A stretch of 64,000 nt of DNA from an uncultured Chlamydiae bacterium (lineage in GTDB: Bacteria > Chlamydiota > Chlamydiia > Chlamydiales > JAJFMB01), in NCBI GenBank assembly GCA_963696295.1, contig CAVOJR010000001.1, positions 1,696,001-1,760,000 on the forward strand, read 5' to 3'. A program made the translations under genes and the position numbers. The notes under the pieces were generated by a model. That model was not told where the DNA came from. It saw nothing but the letters and a program-made list of their open reading frames with translations, and searched no databases. Below, one piece after another: positions 57,949-64,000 of the stretch (the stretch's first letter is position 1; the number at the start of each line of letters is the position of its first letter).

Positions 57949-59393
57949 AACAGATCATTCATAGTTAATTGTTTTTGGACTGTGCCTAAATAGTAGCTGT
58001 TTTCTTCAGCGCCATATGGGGTAATCAGTGTGGTAAAAAGAGTTTTACCGGTCCCCGTCTCGCGCTGAAATACTCTTTGTTTTCGCTCAAGGGCTTCCTG
58101 ATCTTTTTTGGTTAACACATACACATCATTGCTGAATTTTATTTCACATAAATTTATACAGTTATCAGCCCGGTCAATCACCAAATCAATTTGCGCGCCT
58201 TCATTTTCTTTGTCCCTGCGAGCGGACCATTGGGTTTCAATGGTGCTGACACCGGAAATTCCCAGGGCTTCTTTAATTTTTGAAACATGCTTTAAGCATA
58301 TGTTTTCGAAGGCGTAACCGGCCCAAATCAACCATTGTGGAGAGGATTGATTTTTCATCCAGTAGTCAGGGTCGCCCTTTCCCAGTATGCTGCTCCGCAT
58401 ACTTTCTATCCAGGTAATATAAAAAAATGAATACTCATCTGTTAAACGCCACCGGCGCTCCTTAACGCTTTTACCATATTCGGGAAAGCTCATGATGAAC
58501 CCGCTTTCTTCCAGTTCTTCCAGTAATTCAGCAGAGTGGCCTCCTACAGAAAGACCCGCCTTGTTAAAAAGCTCTGATTGCGTTAAGCCATATCGATTTT
58601 GAGCCAAAACTTTGACGATTTTTGTGTGCTTTTCCGCATGGTCGAATAAAGATTTAAAAAGTTTAGGGAATTCCTGAAAAAGAAATCCTTGTGACTTAAA
58701 ACAAAAATCATTCAGCATTTGCGCTGCAGACATTCCCGGTTTGACAAAATTCAAATATTTTGGAATACCCCCAATCGACATGTAAAGGCTTATAAGCTGT
58801 TTCCGATCGAGCCTGATCCCTTTTGCGATTAAAAGATTTTCAACTTCGGTCAGTGTAAACGGCTCCAGACGCATTTGTGCACTCAAGCGGCCGTAAAGCC
58901 CACCTTTATCGTTAATCACATGGTGAATCATCCATGAGGCAGCCGAGCCGCAAACAATCAGTTTTACATTTCTCATTCGTGAAATATGCCTATTCCAAAA
59001 ATAGTCCAAGGCTCGCAGAAAACCCGATCTTGGAGAGGCAAGCCAGGGAAGCTCGTCGAAGAAAAGGATCACTTTTTGTGTCACAGGGATTTTTGAAAGG
59101 GCGTTCTTCAAGAGGTTTAAAGCTTCTCCCCAATCTTTTGGCTGTATGCCTGCTTCTTCATCGGGGAAAAGGGTGGTAAATTCACGATAAAAATTGCCAA
59201 GCTGTTCTGATTTAGGGGCTTTTTTGCTGCCTGTTATCTCAAAATAAACGCCCTTATCCCTAAAAAATTCATTTATCAAATATGTTTTACCTACCCGGCG
59301 TCTCCCATAAATTGCCAGAAACTCGGGTTTGTCCGATTCATAAAGCTCTTTTAAAAGCTTTTTTTCATTCTCTCTTCCAAAAAAGAAATCCAT
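57945..59393 (-). CDS. AAA ATPase-wHTH-PD-(D/E)XK protein (archaeal-type ATPase/DUF234-like)
   Basis: FFGRENE; Walker A YGRRRVGKT; Walker B FFDELPW; C-terminal QIDLVID...LCEIKFS. Confidence 0.88.
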   Translation of the reverse strand: MDFFFGRENEKKLLKELYESDKPEFLAIYGRRRVGKTYLINEFFRDKGVYFEITGSKKAPKSEQLGNFYREFTTLFPDEEAGIQPKDWGEALNLLKNALSKIPVTQKVILFFDELPWLASPRSGFLRALDYFWNRHISRMRNVKLIVCGSAASWMIHHVINDKGGLYGRLSAQMRLEPFTLTEVENLLIAKGIRLDRKQLISLYMSIGGIPKYLNFVKPGMSAAQMLNDFCFKSQGFLFQEFPKLFKSLFDHAEKHTKIVKVLAQNRYGLTQSELFNKAGLSVGGHSAELLEELEESGFIMSFPEYGKSVKERRWRLTDEYSFFYITWIESMRSSILGKGDPDYWMKNQSSPQWLIWAGYAFENICLKHVSKIKEALGISGVSTIETQWSARRDKENEGAQIDLVIDRADNCINLCEIKFSNDVYVLTKKDQEALERKQRVFQRETGTGKTLFTTLITPYGAEENSYYLGTVQKQLTMNDLF

Positions 59394-59451
59394 TTATGCC
59401 TCATGCGCCTTCAATCTTAGTATAATCATTATGAAAGATCTTTGTAAACAA

Positions 59452-59576
59452 GATTTTGCCCATTTGACCTGTCAAACGGGCAAAATCCTTTGATTTTCGA
59501 TACATTTTGCCCAGTTGACTTATCAAACTGGCAAAATCCTCTGTTTTTCGATACATTTTGCCCAATTGAGGTGTCA
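59452..59576. repeat. 51-bp tandem palindromic repeats (about 2.4 copies) upstream of the ATPase gene
   Basis: ATTTTGCCCA at 59453, 59504 and 59555. Unit 1 is GATTTTGCCC-A-TTTGAC-CT-GTCAAA-C-GGGCAAAATC. Confidence 0.9.
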
Positions 59577-59657
59577 TATGACCGGAATAAATATCGGGTT
59601 GTATTTTAAAGAGTAAACTTTTATTCTCTACACTTTAATCAAGCAGGAGAATTTGTA

Positions 59658-60344
59658 ATGGATCTTGAAATTAAAGACGTAGCCGATCTGCTTAATGTCT
59701 CGGAAACCACCGTGCGCGGCTGGCTGGATGAGGGCAAAATCCCCGCTTATCGCATGCAGGATCAATACCGTTTCAGCCGGTTTGAAATTGAGGACTGGGT
59801 GCTTAAACATCAGCTGGATAAAAACGGCGCCTTCGACGAGGAGACCGCTGATCCGCATAAGGGTGGCACCAAGCAATTCAGCCTCTATCGCGCCATTCAT
59901 AAAGGGAGCCTGATCCATGGAATGCCCGGAAAGAGCAAAGAGGAGATCATCAAAAAGACGGCTCAGATGATGGCTAAGGATCTGGAGCTCGACGCCGAAG
60001 TCGTGGCCGATCTTTTGATCGACCGGGAAAAACAGCAGCCTACCGCCTTAAATAACGGCATCGCCGTTCCCCACACAAGAGATTTGCTGCTCAACGCTCA
60101 CTACGATGTCGTGACCATTGTCTTTCCCGAGCAGCCCATACCGTATGGGGCTTTGGATGGGAAGCCCGTCCACACCTTATTTTTCCTGTTTGCCTCAGAG
60201 GATACAAAGCACCTACATCTTTTAGCCAAGATCGCCCACTTGAGCAGCCAGCCCGATTCCTACAATTTCCTGCTGTCCAAGCCGAATAAAGTGAGCCTGC
60301 TCAGCTACATCAAAGATTGGGAAGGGCGCATTTCATCAAGGTAG
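59658..60344 (+). CDS. ptsN: HTH (excisionase-like)-PTS IIA fusion protein
   Basis: DVADLLNVSETTVRGW HTH, followed by REKQQPTALNNGIAVPH and LDGKPVHTLFFLFA. Confidence 0.88.
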   Translation: MDLEIKDVADLLNVSETTVRGWLDEGKIPAYRMQDQYRFSRFEIEDWVLKHQLDKNGAFDEETADPHKGGTKQFSLYRAIHKGSLIHGMPGKSKEEIIKKTAQMMAKDLELDAEVVADLLIDREKQQPTALNNGIAVPHTRDLLLNAHYDVVTIVFPEQPIPYGALDGKPVHTLFFLFASEDTKHLHLLAKIAHLSSQPDSYNFLLSKPNKVSLLSYIKDWEGRISSR

Positions 60345-60415
60345 CGTCTGATCAAGTATGATCTTGCCTGCGACCGGAGCCGCTATTATTCGAGAGGAAT
60401 TCTCATATTTGTAGT

Positions 60416-60814
60416 TTATTTGCTGTAGGCCAATATGAGCGCTTTGGCCATGTTCGAGACGGCGGGCAGAGGCTCGTTCTTCAAGATATTAGCCAGTCGC
60501 AACCCCTCTTCCACTTTGCCGAGCATGAAAAACGCCTTGGTGAGATTGAGCAGCGTCGGGGTGTGGTCCCCCTCGATCTGCAGCGCCTTGTCAAGGGGCT
60601 TCAACGCTTTGGACGGCTTGCCAAGCTCTATGTAGAGCGCGCCAAGCGTCTGATGATCGTAGGCGCTGTCGGGATTGAGAACCGTCAGCGCTTCAAAGAA
60701 GGGAAGGGCGATATCGTATTTGCCCTGCCTGATATAAGAATATCCCGTATACCGCAAATCCTCGATTTGCTCTGCAGTCCAACCCAGTTTTTCCAACCAA
60801 TTGATCTGGCTCAT
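60416..60814 (-). CDS. TPR protein (SycD/LcrH-like, conserved in chlamydiae)
   Basis: GYSYIRQGKYDIAL.FFEAL TPR pattern; conserved position divergent from rsmH. Confidence 0.8.
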   Translation of the reverse strand: MSQINWLEKLGWTAEQIEDLRYTGYSYIRQGKYDIALPFFEALTVLNPDSAYDHQTLGALYIELGKPSKALKPLDKALQIEGDHTPTLLNLTKAFFMLGKVEEGLRLANILKNEPLPAVSNMAKALILAYSK

Positions 60815-60816
60815 AG

Positions 60817-61266
60817 CTATCCTTGTAAAAATTGACCCACTCTGCCGATGATAAATCCTAACCAGTCATTCAACTTGTTGATCTGCTTGAAACAGGAGTT
60901 GATCGCCTCTTTTTCCCGGGCTTCTTCCGGGGTGTTGGTCTCAACGGAGTTAAGCAATTGCTCATCCCTTTCGTGATCTTCCTGAGATCCTAAAGAAGGA
61001 ACTATGCGCGAAAAACTGAATGAAGCGCGCCGTCTTGCGCGATAGAGCTTCGGAGGGAAAAAATAAGCCCATGGAGTAAGGACGGGGACAACCCCGATCA
61101 GCAAATCGAGCTCATTTAATTTGGGAAATGTATCAATAAGCTGCGTTTGCGGCGGTATGGAACTCGCTTCCTGCAGGCGATATTGCGAGTTGATCTCCTC
61201 GATCATCTTAGTCCTGACCGCATAGAGGCGATAAACGTCAAAATCCAGATTATCTATTGTAGCCAT
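60817..61266 (-). CDS. Conserved chlamydial hypothetical protein (CT273/DUF5399-like)
   Basis: WAYFFPP, FSFSRIVPSLG and GQFLQG motifs; synteny with the TPR gene and rsmH. Confidence 0.7.
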   Translation of the reverse strand: MATIDNLDFDVYRLYAVRTKMIEEINSQYRLQEASSIPPQTQLIDTFPKLNELDLLIGVVPVLTPWAYFFPPKLYRARRRASFSFSRIVPSLGSQEDHERDEQLLNSVETNTPEEAREKEAINSCFKQINKLNDWLGFIIGRVGQFLQG

Positions 61267-61397
61267 ATTATCTCCTGCCTTTCCACTATTATTTTAGCAG
61301 TAAACTTAAATTAAAGTAAATATAACATGTCTTAATCATAAATTTATTATTTGAAAGGGATTGTTTTTTATCCTGGAAAGCTGTATAGTTTTGAGGC

Positions 61398-62315
61398 ATG
61401 AACATCCCACACATTTCAGTTTTGCTCGATGAAGTCTGCGGAATTTTTTCCGGCGTGCGTTTAAAAACCTTTATCGATGGCACTTTGGGCGCCGGCGGCC
61501 ATACCGAAGCGCTTTTGCGCGCCCACCCGGAAATGGAAAAATCGGTCGGCTTTGATCAGGATCCGGAGGCATTAAGAATCGCTAAAGAAAGATTAGCGCC
61601 CTGGAGCCAAAAAACAATTTTTATTCCTGACAATTTTGTCCATTTGGAAAAGGCGGGGCTCAAGGGCGCCGACGGAATTCTGCTCGACTTGGGGGTTTCC
61701 TCCATGCAGTTTGATCAAGCGGAAAAGGGCTTTAGTTTTATGCATGAAGGGCCGCTGGATATGCGCATGAATCCGCACAATCCTCTGACTGCAGAAGAAA
61801 TCATAAACTATTGGCCAGAAGAGCGGCTTGGCCGAATTTTTCGCGACTATGGGGAAGAGAAATTTTGGCGGAGAGCGGCAAGAGCCGTGGTGGACGCGAG
61901 GAGCAGAAAACCGATCAAAACCACAAGAGAGCTCGCCTCCCTGCTGGATTACGCTTTGCCGCAAAAGAAAAAGGGGATCCATCCTGTCACGCAGATTTTT
62001 CAGGCGCTGCGCATTTGCGTGAATGGGGAATTGGATGTGCTTGAGGCGATTATTCCAAAAGCCATTCAGCTCTTAAATCCCAAAGGGCGTCTGGCGATCA
62101 TCAGCTTTCACAGCCTGGAAGACCGCATTGTGAAAAATGCTTTTCGCCATGCGGCAAGCGATAAATGGAGCACTTCGGGAATTGGCGGTCTGTTTTTGGA
62201 TAAGACCCCTGAGGTAGAGCTGATCACCCGAAAACCGATCGTTCCTTCCGATATGGAAATTGGGCGCAATCCAAGAAGCAGAAGCGCTAAAATGCGGGTG
62301 GTGGAAAAGCTATGA
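61398..62315 (+). CDS. rsmH: 16S rRNA m4C1402 methyltransferase
   Basis: HISVLLDE, DGTLGAGGH, DLGVSSMQ, PLDMRM, SFHSLEDRIVK and NPRSRSAK motifs. Confidence 0.98.
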   Translation: MNIPHISVLLDEVCGIFSGVRLKTFIDGTLGAGGHTEALLRAHPEMEKSVGFDQDPEALRIAKERLAPWSQKTIFIPDNFVHLEKAGLKGADGILLDLGVSSMQFDQAEKGFSFMHEGPLDMRMNPHNPLTAEEIINYWPEERLGRIFRDYGEEKFWRRAARAVVDARSRKPIKTTRELASLLDYALPQKKKGIHPVTQIFQALRICVNGELDVLEAIIPKAIQLLNPKGRLAIISFHSLEDRIVKNAFRHAASDKWSTSGIGGLFLDKTPEVELITRKPIVPSDMEIGRNPRSRSAKMRVVEKL

Positions 62316-62608
62316 TCATTCGATTGCTGATCTGCATTTTTTGCGCCGGATTAACCCTTTATGCCTATATCGACAAACAAAACTCTTTGACGGAGCTGCG
62401 CATAGCCATTCCCTCCCTCGATAAACAGGTCAAGCAAATCCGCGTGGAAAACAAGCGGCTGCAGTATGAGATTGAGCGTCTGGAGAGTCCCGATCACCTG
62501 TTAAGCCTGGCCGATCAACCCGAATACAGCCATCTCCGCTTTCCCTATAATGAAGAGGTCATTATCCTGGAAAATGAGGCGCCCTCGCAACCCAGGATCT
62601 TTTTCTAG
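62312..62608 (+). CDS. ftsL: Cell division protein FtsL-like
   Basis: TM followed by a coiled coil (ENKRLQYEIERLESP), directly after rsmH. Confidence 0.75.
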   Translation: MIIRLLICIFCAGLTLYAYIDKQNSLTELRIAIPSLDKQVKQIRVENKRLQYEIERLESPDHLLSLADQPEYSHLRFPYNEEVIILENEAPSQPRIFF

Positions 62609-62681
62609 TGTAAGCGATTTTCCTTTTTTCATATCTATTGTTGTGTTATGAGTTATAGTCCGTTCAATGATTGGAGGATCC

Positions 62682-63329
62682 ATGTTAAAACAAGCTGTGC
62701 TGATTTTGTGTCTTTTTTGCTTTTCTCTAGAGGGAGTAAATAATGCCAATAAATGTTCTCCACCCTTCAAACAGCCTCCAAGATTATCCCGTCTGTGTTG
62801 CGATGGCGGGGCTATCGGAGCCGTTGTAGTGGGAGCGGGCGCAGGGGCTTTGGCCGGCTGGGCCGCGAGTTCCAAGGGGCATCGGCATTGCAATGTGATT
62901 GATCCTTTCAAAAGAGATGAAGCGGATAAATTGGAGGTCGAGCTTGAATTGACTGTGAAACCCGACTCCGATTTCCCTTTGGATGAAACAAGATCGGTGA
63001 TGATAAAACCCTTTATCACTCTGCCAAATGGAGAGGTTTTCCTCGGTGATATCGATAACAGCGATATTATGAAAGACACGTTTCAGAAAAGCTTTACCCT
63101 GAAGAGCATTAGTAGACCCTATGTAGGGAATTATCAATTAGGCTGCGTGCTGGAGTTTTCAGAGAATACAAACGTGGTAAAGGATTTCATGCATATTTCC
63201 CTGAAAGGTAAAGTGAAGACCCGCTCAGGCACCACAACAGTGCTCGGAGAGTTTACTCCCTGGTCCTTTAATGATATTGGTCAAAATATCGAAGTGATTG
63301 CCGAATACACCTATCATCCGAAGCTTTAA
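62682..63329 (+). CDS. Hypothetical exported protein with a glycine-zipper segment
   Basis: GGAGG RBS before MLKQAV; signal peptide; GAIGAVVVGAGAGALAGWAAS. Confidence 0.65.
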   Translation: MLKQAVLILCLFCFSLEGVNNANKCSPPFKQPPRLSRLCCDGGAIGAVVVGAGAGALAGWAASSKGHRHCNVIDPFKRDEADKLEVELELTVKPDSDFPLDETRSVMIKPFITLPNGEVFLGDIDNSDIMKDTFQKSFTLKSISRPYVGNYQLGCVLEFSENTNVVKDFMHISLKGKVKTRSGTTTVLGEFTPWSFNDIGQNIEVIAEYTYHPKL

Positions 63330-63341
63330 AGATGATTATTA

Positions 63342-64000
63342 ATGGATCGAAAACGGCTCATCATATTAGCGCTTTTTATATTCAGCCTCTTTTCGATTCT
63401 GATTGCCCAGTTTTACCGGATACAATTGGTACAGGGAGAAAAATGGGCGTCGCAGGCTAAGCGGCAGCACTTCTTCACCGTCACCGATCCTTTCATGAGG
63501 GGCAGTTTTTTTGCCAATGTCAGCTTGCAGCCCGGGACACCCCCGACACCAAAGCCCCTGGTGGTCGATATTCAGAAATTCCACCTTTTTATCGATCCGG
63601 AATCAATTCCCGAAAACAAACGGGATGAAGCCGCGCGGCATATCGTCTCTTTGCTTAAAGGGATTTCCTTTGAGGAGATCAGAGCCCATTTCGATGTCAA
63701 AAGCCGCTCCAGAAGACTGGTCATGTGGCTGGACAGGGGGCAGATGGAAGCGGTGCAAAGCTGGTGGCAAAGCTATAGCCGTTTGAACCGCCTCGCAAGA
63801 AACGCCCTTTTCTTTGTCAGCGACTACCAACGCTCCTACCCTTTCGGCAAATTGCTCGGACAGGTATTACATACCGTTCAACATCAAAGGGATGAAGTGA
63901 CAAAGCAAGCTATTCCAACCGGCGGATTGGAGTTATCGATGCACCCCTTTTTAGTAGGAAAGCAGGGACAGCGCAGCTTGATGCGCTCTCCGCGCAACAG
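63342..64000 (+). CDS. ftsI: Penicillin-binding protein 3/FtsI, N-terminal part (runs off the window)
   Basis: Manual translation gives MDRKRLIILALFIFSLFSILIAQFYRIQLVQG...PFMRGSFF...YQRSYPFGKLLGQVL...TGGLELS. Confidence 0.9.
   Translation, partial: MDRKRLIILALFIFSLFSILIAQFYRIQLVQGEKWASQAKRQHFFTVTDPFMRGSFFANVSLQPGTPPTPKPLVVDIQKFHLFIDPESIPENKRDEAARHIVSLLKGISFEEIRAHFDVKSRSRRLVMWLDRGQMEAVQSWWQSYSRLNRLARNALFFVSDYQRSYPFGKLLGQVLHTVQHQRDEVTKQAIPTGGLELSMHPFLVGKQGQRSLMRSPRN

Noticed and set aside
59452..59576. Mini-CRISPR next to a nuclease gene
   Set aside because: The inter-palindrome segments are only ~15 bp and resemble each other, the repeats are degenerate, and the adjacent protein is not a Cas.
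57941..59610. ATTTTAAA on both sides of the ATPase gene as a target-site duplication
   Set aside because: An 8-bp AT-only match is expected by chance in this context.

Overview
64-kb chromosomal segment of an environmental Chlamydiota bacterium. The assignment is inferred from chlamydia-type gene order: nqrBCDE without nqrA/F; rnc-radA-hemC; sod-accD-dut-ptsN-ptsN; TPR-hypothetical-rsmH-ftsL-ftsI. The conserved backbone (dnaA, nqr, gcv, RND pump, hem, dcw start) is interspersed with accessory genes. Main observations: (1) Several short palindromic elements sit in frame inside protein-coding genes: hemD, the RND permease, a glycosyltransferase-like gene (two copies) and the nqrE tail. Two of them are related and differ by five compensatory base-pair swaps, so they behave like Rickettsia palindromic elements (RPEs). 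(2) A 2.2-kb integrase-less islet carrying an AlbA_2/Schlafen-like gene is bounded by a 27-bp duplication of the gcvT 3' end and abuts a truncated AbiEi-like antitoxin fragment. (3) A 96-bp tandem array joins the 3' ends of rnhA and a GT71-like gene. (4) Nine enzymes predicted to need cytoplasmic co-substrates (sulfo-, glycosyl- and methyltransferases, permuted ATP-grasps) all carry signal-peptide-like N-termini. (5) Candidate effectors: an LRR/U-box protein and an ART-like protein. No rRNA, tRNA, CRISPR array, transposase or integrase was recognised. All calls come from reading motifs by eye; no searches were run.
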